The notes beneath the pieces are model-generated. The model did not search any database and was not told the origin of the DNA. It was given only the letters and a program-made list of their open reading frames with translations. Shown here in pieces: positions 7,384 through 16,738 of a DNA stretch of 64,000 bases. This DNA comes from Myxococcota bacterium. GTDB taxonomy: Bacteria; Myxococcota_A; UBA9160; UBA4427. The position numbers were made by a program, and so were the translations under genes. Location: positions 271,268 through 335,267 of the forward strand of contig JBNLVL010000034.1 of the NCBI GenBank assembly GCA_050618075.1. Direction: 5' to 3'. Position 1 is the stretch's first letter. Each line of letters starts with the position of its first letter.

Positions 7384-7872
7384 TCAGGCGGACTGCACCG
7401 GAATCGTGCGCGACTCGGGCTGCAGCTCCTCGGGCCTGGCGACCGTCACTTCGAGGACACCGTTCTTGTAGCTGGCCTTCACGGCGTCGGCGTCGACCGG
7501 ACCGTCGAAGCGGATCCTGCGCTCGAAGCGACCCGCCCGGGTCTCGGAGCGGCGGCAGCGATCGTCCTCGCTGCGGGCGCGCGTCTTCTTCTCGCCCTGG
7601 ATCGTGAGGACGTCCTCTTCGAGCGTGACCTGGAAATCCTCGCGCTCGAGCCCGGGAAGCTCGGCCCGGACCAGATACCCCTCCTCGCTCTCGACCACGT
7701 CGAGATGAGGGACGAAATGCTTCGCCGACTCGCCGACGAACGCCGCGGGCGTCCGCTGGACGTCGCGCCAGAACTCATCGAAGAGCCGGTCCATCGCCTT
7801 CGCGTTCCCGACCAGACCCCAGCGCGGACTGCGCCGTCCACGGGCACCGTTGTTCGCAATCATCAGCGACAT
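7384..7872 (-). CDS. Hsp20 / alpha-crystallin small heat-shock protein
   Basis: 162 aa, with ...VPHLDVVESEEGYLVRAELPGLEREDFQVTLEEDVLTIQGEK...YKNGVLEVTV. AAGGAGG SD lies 8 nt upstream. Confidence 0.9.
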   Translation of the reverse strand: MSLMIANNGARGRRSPRWGLVGNAKAMDRLFDEFWRDVQRTPAAFVGESAKHFVPHLDVVESEEGYLVRAELPGLEREDFQVTLEEDVLTIQGEKKTRARSEDDRCRRSETRAGRFERRIRFDGPVDADAVKASYKNGVLEVTVARPEELQPESRTIPVQSA

Positions 7873-7981
7873 GCGTTCGACCTCCTTGCTCTCGGCCCCT
7901 TCTCCGGGGCCGGGGCAATAGCTAAGGCCGAGGGCGTGAGCGTCAACCCGCGCCGATCGCTGGGGAGCCCCGTCGGGGCCC

Positions 7982-9181
7982 CTAGATGATCCCCTCCCGG
8001 GAAAGCCGTTCCAGATCGGCCGCCTGGAGCCCGATCTCCCCGTAGATGTCGGCGTTGTCCTCCCCGAGGGAGGGCGCCAGGGCGCGCTCTCGAGGCAGGG
8101 CGCCGGAGAGCTTCAGCGGGTTCCCGTGGAAGACGACCTCTCCGAGCGTCGGATGGGGATGCCGCTCGATCATGGCTCGCTCCAGCAGCTGGGGATCGTC
8201 GACGAGGTCTTCGGGCGCGGAGACGCGCGCGCACGGAACGTCCGCGCCCTCGGGTCCGAGCCGCCGCAGCACCTCGTCCCGGGAGTGCTCGCCGACCCAA
8301 CGGGCGATGTGTCCGTGGAGGTCGTCGCGGTTGCGCGCGCGCACGCGGTGGTCCCGGAAGCGTTCGTCGTTCGCCAGCTCGGGCGCCCCCATGGCCCCGC
8401 AGAGCCGGCGGAACAGGCGGTTGCTGGCGGTGGCGATCACCAGCCAGCCGTCCTTCGCCTCGAAGGCGCCGTAGGGACAGGCGAACGGGTGGGCGTTGCC
8501 CAGCCGCGAGGTCGGGGCTCCGATCGCCTGGTGGATGGTGGCCGCCGAGTCGGTGACGGCGAAGACCGCATCCTGGTTCGACAGGTCCAGCACCCGCGCC
8601 GCGCCCGTGCGGTCGCGCTCGAGCAGCGCCGACACCAGGCCGACCGACAGGAAGAGCCCGCCGATGTAGTCGCCCAGCGCCCCGCCTCCGCGAACCGGCG
8701 GACCGTCCGCGAACCCCGTCATCGCCATCAGCCCGCCGGTGGCCTGGGCGACGATGTCGTAGGAGGCCTGCCCGGCCCGCGGCCCGGTGGCGCCGAAGCC
8801 CGAGAGCGACGCGACCACGCAGCGCGGATTGCGCTCCTGGAGGGTCGCCGGCGAGAGGCCGCGCCTGGCCATCCAGCCGGCGCGGAAGTTCTCCACCACC
8901 GCGTCGGCGCGTTCGACCAGCCGCAGGAACAGCTCGCGGCCCTCGGGCTCGCGCACGTCGAGGGTGACGGAGCGCTTGCCGCGGTTCGTGTTCTGGAAGG
9001 AGAGTGAGGTCTCGCCGGGAGGCGATGGACCGAACCGGTAGTCGTCGCCGGTCCCCGGCCGCTCGACCTTGACGACCTCCGCGCCCAGGTCGGCGAGGAC
9101 CGCGGTGGCGAAGGGGCCGGCCACGACGCGGGTCAGGTCCAGGATCCGGATGCCTTCGAGGACGCGCCCCGGCGTCGCCAT
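7982..9181 (-). CDS. Family III CoA-transferase (CaiB/BaiF/AMACR family)
   Basis: 399 aa, with LEGIRILDLTRVVAGPFATAVLADLGAEVVKVE. It starts 9 nt after the frdD stop. Confidence 0.9.
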   Translation of the reverse strand: MATPGRVLEGIRILDLTRVVAGPFATAVLADLGAEVVKVERPGTGDDYRFGPSPPGETSLSFQNTNRGKRSVTLDVREPEGRELFLRLVERADAVVENFRAGWMARRGLSPATLQERNPRCVVASLSGFGATGPRAGQASYDIVAQATGGLMAMTGFADGPPVRGGGALGDYIGGLFLSVGLVSALLERDRTGAARVLDLSNQDAVFAVTDSAATIHQAIGAPTSRLGNAHPFACPYGAFEAKDGWLVIATASNRLFRRLCGAMGAPELANDERFRDHRVRARNRDDLHGHIARWVGEHSRDEVLRRLGPEGADVPCARVSAPEDLVDDPQLLERAMIERHPHPTLGEVVFHGNPLKLSGALPRERALAPSLGEDNADIYGEIGLQAADLERLSREGII

Positions 9182-9190
9182 GGCGGAGTT

Positions 9191-9550
9191 CTAGAGCCGC
9201 ACCACCGCGAGGATCGCCGCCACCGTGCCGGCCAGGGCGATGGCGTACAGGACGCCGCCGACCAGTCCGTCCCGCGCCTCGCCGCCGAAGTCGAGCGCCA
9301 GGGAGCGGACGTGGTGTGCGCCCTTCCAGAGCGGCAGGGCCACCAGGGCGGCCAGCAGCAGGCGGCCGATGATGTTCGAGCCGAGGGCGTGGGCCCGCTG
9401 GAACTCGAGGGCGTCGGCCGGGACGATCCCGAGCGGGATGGCGAGGCCCACGACCGCGATCCAGCCGGTCAGCAGGATGGTTCCGATCAGGATGCCCTGG
9501 CCGAACATGAACCAGATGATGGGCTCGAGCTTGAGCAGGAGAGCTCGCAT
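9191..9550 (-). CDS. frdD: Fumarate reductase membrane anchor subunit D
   Basis: Last 119 codons of track ORF 9191..9787 (MRALLLKLEPIIWFMFGQGILIG...). Three TM segments. 1-nt overlap with frdC. Confidence 0.8.
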   Translation of the reverse strand: MRALLLKLEPIIWFMFGQGILIGTILLTGWIAVVGLAIPLGIVPADALEFQRAHALGSNIIGRLLLAALVALPLWKGAHHVRSLALDFGGEARDGLVGGVLYAIALAGTVAAILAVVRL

Positions 9551-9990
9551 CAGAAGAGTCCTCCGGCGAGGATGAGCGCGAACAGCGCCGTGACGCCCAG
9601 CCAGGCCGCGTACAGCCCCACGTGGATCAGCGCCGCGGGCGGCGGCTTGAGCGGCCCGATGAAGGCGGGCTGCGCCTTGGGGAAGAGCCGGAAGAAGCGC
9701 ACCGCCACGAAGATCACCGAGACCAGCGCCAGCGCGTGGAACGCGATGTACAGGGGATTGCCCAGCTGGCCGAGCACCGCCTGCCACCTCTCCGGCCCCT
9801 CGCCGAGGGCCCAGACCAGGCGCAGGGCGACGAACCCAACCGCCAGGTAGACGATGCCCGTGGCGTCGAACAGCAGATAGGTGCGCATGCGGGGCGTGGA
9901 GTACCAGCCCTGCGGCGTCATCGGCGGCGCGGTCCGGGTCTTGCCCGGCTTCTTCGGCGTCATGGCCTGGGGGTGAGCGCGACTGCTCAT
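9550..9990 (-). CDS. frdC: Fumarate reductase membrane anchor subunit C
   Basis: 146 aa. ...PMTPQGWYSTPRMRTYLLFDATGIVYL... resembles the E. coli-type FrdC N-terminus. GGGAGGG SD sits inside the frdB 3' end. Confidence 0.8.
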   Translation of the reverse strand: MSSRAHPQAMTPKKPGKTRTAPPMTPQGWYSTPRMRTYLLFDATGIVYLAVGFVALRLVWALGEGPERWQAVLGQLGNPLYIAFHALALVSVIFVAVRFFRLFPKAQPAFIGPLKPPPAALIHVGLYAAWLGVTALFALILAGGLF

Positions 9991-9991
9991 C

Positions 9992-10747
9992 TCACTTCCC
10001 TCCCGAGGAGCGCGGCAGCACGAGGCTCGTCGCCCAGTCGATCACCGCGTTGAACTTCGCCTGGTTCACGGCGGCGGCCGGATCGACGTTCTTGGGACAC
10101 ACTTCGCTGCACTCGTTGGCGTAGCTGCACGAGAACACGGTGCCCTCGCCGCGGAAGATCTCGTTGCGTTCGGCCTGACCCTCGTCGCGCGAGTCCATGT
10201 TGTAGCGGTGGCCGAGGGCCAGCGCGGCCGGGCCGATGAACTCGGGCTCGTTGGCCACCACCGGGCAGGCGGCGTAGCAGAGCATGCAGTTGATGCACAT
10301 GCTGAACTGCTTGAAGGCCTGCAGCTCCTGGGGGCTCTGGCGGTGGGTGCCTTCCTCGACCGCCTTCTCCTTGGCCTTCACGACCCAGGGCTTCACGGAC
10401 TTGAACTTCTCCATGAAGCCGTCGAGCTCGACGACGAGGTCGCGGACGATCGGGAAGTTGGCCAGCGGCGCGATCTCGACCACGTCGCCGTAGCCCGACA
10501 GCGCGGTCTTGCAGGTGAGCTTGGGCTCGCCGTTGACCTGCATGCCGCAGCTCCCGCACACGGCCATGCGGCAGGACCAGCGGTGCGCGACCGACGGGTC
10601 GACCTCGTCCTTGATGTAGTTGATGGCGTCGAGAACCTTCCAGTCCGGCTGGACGGGGATCTCGTACTCCTGGGTCTTCGGCACTTCGTCCTTGTCGGGA
10701 TCGAAGCGCGTGATGACGAACTTCTTCTTCTGGATCGCGTCGGACAT
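9992..10747 (-). CDS. frdB: Fumarate reductase iron-sulfur subunit
   Basis: 251 aa starting MSDAIQKKKFVITRFDP. Cys clusters CRMAVCGSCGM, CINCMLCYAACP, CSYANECSEVCP. Confidence 0.9.
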   Translation of the reverse strand: MSDAIQKKKFVITRFDPDKDEVPKTQEYEIPVQPDWKVLDAINYIKDEVDPSVAHRWSCRMAVCGSCGMQVNGEPKLTCKTALSGYGDVVEIAPLANFPIVRDLVVELDGFMEKFKSVKPWVVKAKEKAVEEGTHRQSPQELQAFKQFSMCINCMLCYAACPVVANEPEFIGPAALALGHRYNMDSRDEGQAERNEIFRGEGTVFSCSYANECSEVCPKNVDPAAAVNQAKFNAVIDWATSLVLPRSSGGK

Positions 10748-12468
10748 CAGTACTTCCGCTCCTCGGGCACCCACGTTCCGAGTGTCACGTCCTTCTTGCC
10801 GAGCCGGAACCCCGACTCCTCGCGATAGCAGAGCGTGTGGTAGAGGTAGTTCTGGTCGTCGCGAGTGGGGAAGTCCTTGCAGGTGTGGGCCCCGCGTGAC
10901 TCCTTGCGGTGGGCCGCCGACGCGGCCACCGCCTCGGCCACCTCGACCATGTTCTGGAGCTCGAGGCCGGCGATGAGCTCGGTGTTGAACACCGTGCTGG
11001 TGTCCTCGAGCTGCAGGTCCGCGGCGCGCTGGCGGATCTGCCCGACCTGCTCGACGCAGGCCTGCATGGAGCCCTGCTCGCGGTAGACGCCGCAGCCCTC
11101 CTCCATGGCGTGGCGCAGCTCGCGCTTGAGCCCCGAGAGGCGCTCGCCGCCCCGGCGGCCGCGCAGGGCCTCGACCCGACCGCGGGCCTCGTCGGCCTGC
11201 TGGCGCAGCGCGTCCTCGCTGCCCGCCGAGGCGTCCCGCGCGAACGCCAGCGCCTCGTTGCCCGCCCGCGCCCCGAACACCAGGCACTCGGTCAGCGAGT
11301 TCGAGCCCAGGCGGTTGGCGCCGTTGAGCGAGGCGGAGGCCACCTCGCCCGCGGCGTAGAGCCCGGGCAGCTCGGTGCCGGCGGTGATGTCGGTGTCGAC
11401 TCCTCCCATCATGTAGTGGACGACGGGACGGATCGGGATGGGGCTCGTCACCGGGTCGACGCCCACGTAGGTGCGCGCCAGCTCGAGCACGAAGGGCAGC
11501 CGCTCCTGCAGCTTGGCCTGTCCCAGGTGGGTCAGGTCGAGGTGGACGTACTCGCCGTAGGCGCCCTTGAGCCCGCGGCCGGCCTGGATCTCCTGGACGA
11601 TCGCCCGCGAGATCATGTCCCGCGGCCCCAGCTCGGCCTTGTTGCCGACGCCGTAGTCGTACTCGACCAGGAAGCGCTCGCCCTCGCTGTTCTTGAGATA
11701 GCCGCCCTCACCCCGGGTGGCCTCGGTGATCAGGATGCCGGTGCCGGGGAGCCCGGTGGGGTGGTACTGGACGAACTCCATGTCCTTGAGCGGGACGCCG
11801 GCGCGGTAGGCCAGGGCCATGCCGTCGCCGGTCTTGATCATGCCGTTGGTCGTGAAGGGGAACACCTGACCCGCGCCGCCGGCGCCCAGCACGACCGCCC
11901 GGCCCAGGATGGCGCTCATCTCGCCGGTGCGGATCTCCAGGGCGGCCACGCCCTTGCACGCTCCGTCCTCCACCAGCAGGTCCGTCACGAAGTACTCGTC
12001 GTAGCGGACGATCTGGTCGAACTTCATGGAGGTCTGGAAGAGCGAGTGGAGCATGTGGAAGCCGACCTTGTCGGCGGCGAACCACGTGCGCTTGGTGGTC
12101 ATGCCGCCGAAGGCGCGGGTGGAGACGGTTCCATCCTCGTTCCGGCTCCAGGGACAGCCCCAGTGCTCGAGGCGGGTGAGCTCCTTGGGCGCCTCCTCCA
12201 CGAAGTACTGGATGACGTCCTGGTCGCCGAGGAAGTCCGAGCCCTTCACGGTGTCGTAGCCGTGCATCTCGAGGCTGTCGTCCTCGCGGGCCACGGCGGC
12301 GGCCCCGCCCTCGGCGGAGACGGTGTGGCTCCGCATCGGATAGACCTTGGAGACCAGGGCGATCGAGGCGCTGGGGTCGGCCTCGGCGGCCGCAATGGCG
12401 GCGCGGAGTCCGGCGGCCCCTCCACCAACGATGACGATGTCGTGACGGGTGACGTCCACCACGGGCAC
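10747..12468 (-). CDS. frdA: Fumarate reductase flavoprotein subunit
   Basis: 573 aa with IVIVGGGAAGLRAA and the covalent-FAD motif RSHTVSAEGG. GTG start with a GGAGG SD. Confidence 0.95.
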   Translation of the reverse strand: MPVVDVTRHDIVIVGGGAAGLRAAIAAAEADPSASIALVSKVYPMRSHTVSAEGGAAAVAREDDSLEMHGYDTVKGSDFLGDQDVIQYFVEEAPKELTRLEHWGCPWSRNEDGTVSTRAFGGMTTKRTWFAADKVGFHMLHSLFQTSMKFDQIVRYDEYFVTDLLVEDGACKGVAALEIRTGEMSAILGRAVVLGAGGAGQVFPFTTNGMIKTGDGMALAYRAGVPLKDMEFVQYHPTGLPGTGILITEATRGEGGYLKNSEGERFLVEYDYGVGNKAELGPRDMISRAIVQEIQAGRGLKGAYGEYVHLDLTHLGQAKLQERLPFVLELARTYVGVDPVTSPIPIRPVVHYMMGGVDTDITAGTELPGLYAAGEVASASLNGANRLGSNSLTECLVFGARAGNEALAFARDASAGSEDALRQQADEARGRVEALRGRRGGERLSGLKRELRHAMEEGCGVYREQGSMQACVEQVGQIRQRAADLQLEDTSTVFNTELIAGLELQNMVEVAEAVAASAAHRKESRGAHTCKDFPTRDDQNYLYHTLCYREESGFRLGKKDVTLGTWVPEERKY

Positions 12469-12642
12469 TCGAGGCCTCCGAATTGAAGAGGAGAAGAACG
12501 GCGGAACCGTCCGGTTTTAACCGATTTCCCGATCGACCGGTAGTTGAACGCGCTCTCAACCCCACGTCCCGGGGCGCGTCCTGGCGGGATCCTGGGTCTG
12601 GATGCCCCAGGCGCGCGGCGTGCCGGATCGGGTTCCCGGCCG

Positions 12643-13714
12643 TCAGGCGGGCTCCTGCTGGGTCAGACAGTGCAGCGCCCCCAGCCCGACCACGAGGTCC
12701 CGGCAGTCGATGGGCCGGATCTCCCGTTCCGGAAAGCACTCGGCGAGGATCGCGCGGGCCCGGGCATCCGCGGGGTCGTCGAAGGCGGGCACGAGCACCG
12801 CGCGGTTGCCCACGTAGAAGTTGGCGTAGCTCGCCGGGCAGCGGCCTCCCTCCGCCCTCACCGGACGGGGCATGGGCAGCTCGACCACCTCCAGGCGCCG
12901 CCCCCTCGAGTCGACCATGGAGGCCAGGCGGCGGCGGTTCGCATCGAGCGGAGCGTGGTTGGCGTCGGCGGGGTCGGCCTCGATCGCGGTCACGACCCGC
13001 CCGGGCCCGACGAAGCGGGTGATGTCGTCCACGTGGCCGTCGGTGTCGTCGCCCTCGATGCCGTCTGCGAGCCACAGGACGCGCCGGGCTCCGACGCTGC
13101 GCCGCAGCAGCGCCTCCGCGGCGTCCCGCCTGCGAGCGCCGCGATTGGGATGGAGCAGGCACGACTCGGTGGTCAGCACCGTGCCCTCGCCGTCGCCGTC
13201 GATGGAGCCCGCCTCGAGCACCTCGGGAACCGCGAACCTCCGCACGCCCAGGCTCCGCGCGATGCGCGCGGGCACCGCGTCGTCGCGGTCCCACGGCGGG
13301 TACTTGCCGCCCCAGGCGTCGAACCGGAAATCGAGGAGCGCGCGCTCGCGCGCCTCGGCTTCGCCGCGCACCAGGAAGACCGGCCCGTGGTCGCGCACCC
13401 AGGCATCGTCGGTGGGGTTGCGGTGGTACTCGACCGCGGACTCGCCGCCGGGGCCCAGCGCGCGCAGCTGCCGGCGGACGCGCTCCTCCATGGGCTCGTC
13501 GCAGACGTTGATCGCGACCCGCTCGCCGTCGGCGAGGCTCTCGACGATCCGCACGAAGGCCTCTTCCACCCGGGCCATGCGGGCGGCGCCGGGCCAGGTG
13601 TCGGGATTGTGGGGCCAGGAGAGCCAGGTTGCGCGGTGGGGCTCCCACTCCGCGGGCCAGCGAAAGCCCTCCTCCGCGGGCCAGCCCCCGGCTTCGGCGT
13701 CGGTGGGGAGCGCG

Positions 13715-13722
<8 letters not shown>
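12643..13722 (-). CDS. aguA: Agmatine deiminase
   Basis: 359 aa with FRWPAEWEPHRATWLSWPHN and the C-terminal catalytic GALHCLTQQ. Confidence 0.9.
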
Positions 13723-14581
<859 letters not shown>

Positions 14582-14690
14582 GGCGGGCCGAGTATGGCGA
14601 AGCGGGCGTCCCGCCGCCGGATCCGGGCGTGTGACCCAGGCTGTCACGACCCGGCCCCACCCTGACCTTCGCGGGAGGGGAGGATGCGAC

Positions 14691-15485
14691 GTGCAGACGA
14701 CGGGGACATCCGGGACGACCGGAACATCCGGGACGACCAGAACATCCGGGACGACCGGGACATCCGGGACGACCGGAACATCTGGGACGACCGGGACATC
14801 TGGGACGACCGGGGCGCCGGGGACGACCGGGGCGCCGGAGACGGCGGAGTGGGCCGAGAGGGCCGCCGGGACCGACGGGGCCGAGAGGGCCGAATGGGCG
14901 GAGAGCGCCGAGGGGGCCCGGAGGACCGAGCGGGCCGAACCGGCGAGCCGGCTCGAGGCGGTGGGCATCGCCCTCGCCTTCTGCGGCTTCGCCGTCGCCT
15001 GGGCGGCCTCGCTGCCCGCGACGGCCGGGGGCCCCTACTCTTCCTGGGCGATGCACGAACCCGACCCCGCCCGCGAGGCGCCCGATCTGCCCGAGGCCCG
15101 GGTCTGGCTGGTGGACGGCTACAACGTCCTCCACGCCGGTCTCCTCAACCGCGAAGACCGCGATCACTTCTGGAGCCGCCCCCACCGCGAGCGCCTGCGG
15201 GCCCGGGTCGAGTGCTTCGACGGCCGGGCCGACGAGGTGTGGATCGTCTTCGACGGGGGCGACGCGGGCGACGAGAGCGAAGGCCGGACGGCCGGCGGCG
15301 CCCGGCTGCGCACGGTGTTCGCACCGTCCGCCGACGACTGGCTGGTGAAGGCGGTGCGCGCCGCCGAGCGTCCGGACGAGCTGGCGGTCGTGACCGCCGA
15401 TCGCCAGGTGGCCGGGCGCGCCCGGCACCGGGGCGCCCAGGTGATCTCACCCCGGCGCTTCCTGGCCGAGTGTCCCGGGCCCTGA
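14691..15485 (+). CDS. NYN/YacP-like (PIN-like RNase fold) protein with an N-terminal (TTGTSG)n repeat and a hydrophobic segment
   Basis: GTG 14691 lies 6 nt after GGGAGGGGAGGA. GC3 is high throughout this frame. C-terminal domain reads VWLVDGYNVLHAG...IVFDG...VVTADRQV. Hydrophobic stretch is VGIALAFCGFAVAWAASL. Confidence 0.6.
   Translation: MQTTGTSGTTGTSGTTRTSGTTGTSGTTGTSGTTGTSGTTGAPGTTGAPETAEWAERAAGTDGAERAEWAESAEGARRTERAEPASRLEAVGIALAFCGFAVAWAASLPATAGGPYSSWAMHEPDPAREAPDLPEARVWLVDGYNVLHAGLLNREDRDHFWSRPHRERLRARVECFDGRADEVWIVFDGGDAGDESEGRTAGGARLRTVFAPSADDWLVKAVRAAERPDELAVVTADRQVAGRARHRGAQVISPRRFLAECPGP
14697..14840 (+). repeat. Tandem repeat, 8 x 18 bp (consensus ACGACCGGRACATCCGGG)
   Basis: Counted directly; units start at 14697, 14715, 14733, 14751, 14769, 14787, 14805 and 14823. 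The last two units diverge to GGGGCGCCGG. In frame with the NYN ORF. Confidence 0.95.
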
Positions 15486-16466
15486 GCGGGCGAGCGCGCC
15501 GGCGTTGGCGCAGTGGGCCAGCGGCCGTCCCTCGAGACCCGCCAGCAGGTTGTCCACGGCCAGGTCCGCCATGCGCGACCGGGTCGCGATGGAGGCGGAC
15601 CCGATGTGCGGGGCCAGCACGACGTTGGGCAGGCCCAGGAGCGGGCTGTCGGGCGAGAGGGGCTCCCGCTCGAAGACGTCGAGCGCCGCCCCGGCCAGGT
15701 GCCCGTCGGCCAGGGCCGAGGCCAGCGCCGCCTCGTCGACGATCTCGCCGCGGGCGGTGTTGACGAGGATGGCGCCGCGCGTCATACGAGCCAGCGCCGC
15801 CGCGTCGATGAGATGACGCGTCTCGGCGGTGGCGGCCACGTGGAGGCTCACGAAGTCCGACTCCGAGAGCACCCGGTCGAGCGGCGCGGCCTCCACGCCC
15901 TCCACCGGGCGACCCGAGCGCGTCCAGCCGAGCACACGCATCCCGAATCCCCGGGCCCGGCGCGCGACCGCCTGGCCGATCGAACCCAGTCCGACGAGAC
16001 CCAGGGTGGCGCCGTGCAGGTCGCGGCCCAGGAGCATGTCCGGCTCCCAGCTGCGCTCCGGGGTCCACTGCCCCTCGCGAACGAAGCGGTCGGCCTCGAC
16101 CACGCGCCGGGCGGCGGCCAGGAGCAGGGCGAAGGCCAGGTCGGCGGTGGTCTCGACCAGGACCCCGGGGGTGTAGCCGACCGGAAGGCGCCTTCGGGTC
16201 GCTGCGTCGAGATCGATGTGGTTCACACCCACCGAGCAGCTCGAGATCACGCGGAGCGCCGGCGCCGCGGCGATGAGCTCGGCGTCGACGCGGTCCGTGA
16301 GCAGACACAGGAGCCCCTCGCAGTCCGCCACGCGTTCTCGAAGCACGTCGGGCGGGGGTGCTCCGGGTCCGGGCCACACGCTCGAATCCACGCTTCGGGC
16401 CAGACGCTCGAGCGCCCGACCGGGAAGACCGCGCGTCACGAAGACCTTCTTGCGATCGCTGCTCAC
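15447..16466 (-). CDS. D-isomer-specific 2-hydroxyacid dehydrogenase (glyoxylate/hydroxypyruvate reductase-like)
   Basis: GTG 16466 with a GAGGGGG SD. Contains GLVGLGSIGQAVARR (NAD site) and LAPHIGSAS. Its 3' end overlaps the convergent NYN gene by 39 nt. Confidence 0.85.
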   Translation of the reverse strand: MSSDRKKVFVTRGLPGRALERLARSVDSSVWPGPGAPPPDVLRERVADCEGLLCLLTDRVDAELIAAAPALRVISSCSVGVNHIDLDAATRRRLPVGYTPGVLVETTADLAFALLLAAARRVVEADRFVREGQWTPERSWEPDMLLGRDLHGATLGLVGLGSIGQAVARRARGFGMRVLGWTRSGRPVEGVEAAPLDRVLSESDFVSLHVAATAETRHLIDAAALARMTRGAILVNTARGEIVDEAALASALADGHLAGAALDVFEREPLSPDSPLLGLPNVVLAPHIGSASIATRSRMADLAVDNLLAGLEGRPLAHCANAGALARSGPGTLGQEAPG

Positions 16467-16738
16467 CCGACGCCCCCTCTGGCTCCTGGGAAAAAAGGTC
16501 CCGAAGATCGAAGGGAAGGTTGACCCCGGGGCCCCAGGCAAAATAACGTCAGGCGTCCTGGGAATCTGGAAACACTCTGGGGCTCCGCTCCAACTGCGCC
16601 CTCCTCCGAAGCGACTCCCCGAAACGTCCATCGTCGCGACGCGCTGAATCGAGGGTCGGTGAGCCGGTGTCTCCTCTGCGCGCCCGTCTGCGCTGGCCCG
16701 TCGCGGCGAGCCGGGCCTCCGTCTGATGCGAGGAACTC

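Noticed and set aside
7873-7960. Hairpin GGCCCC-GGAGAA-GGGGCC in the hsp20 leader as a ROSE-like RNA thermometer
   Set aside because: The stem ends about 7 nt before the AAGGAGG SD and no CCUCCUU-like anti-SD is present, so the SD is not sequestered.
12543-12560. GTTGA-N8-TCAAC upstream of frdA as an FNR/CRP box
   Set aside because: The FNR consensus is TTGAT-N4-ATCAA (TTGA-N6-TCAA). The spacing here is 2 nt too long, and the flanking T/A positions do not match.
14697-14840. Tandem repeats here and at 53532-53597 considered as CRISPR arrays
   Set aside because: The units are contiguous with no unique spacers and are only 11-18 bp long. No cas genes are present.
14582-14968. Minus-strand reading of the 18-bp repeat as (VPVVPD)n, which would extend aguB upstream, and plus-strand ORF 14684..15763 (DDRNIR repeats)
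   Set aside because: aguB has a conserved N-terminus starting at ATG 14581. The 14684 frame continues into Arg/Gly junk and its ATG abuts the SD with no spacer. Only the TTGTSG frame runs into a recognisable domain.
15447-15485. 39-nt convergent 3' overlap (NYN gene versus 2-hydroxyacid DH), plus smaller overlaps at 5571-5593, 36487-36490 and 60862-60865, as signs of mis-called genes or antisense regulation
   Set aside because: Stop codons are fixed by the sequence and the overlapping tails are non-conserved extensions. Short convergent overlaps are common in compact GC-rich genomes.
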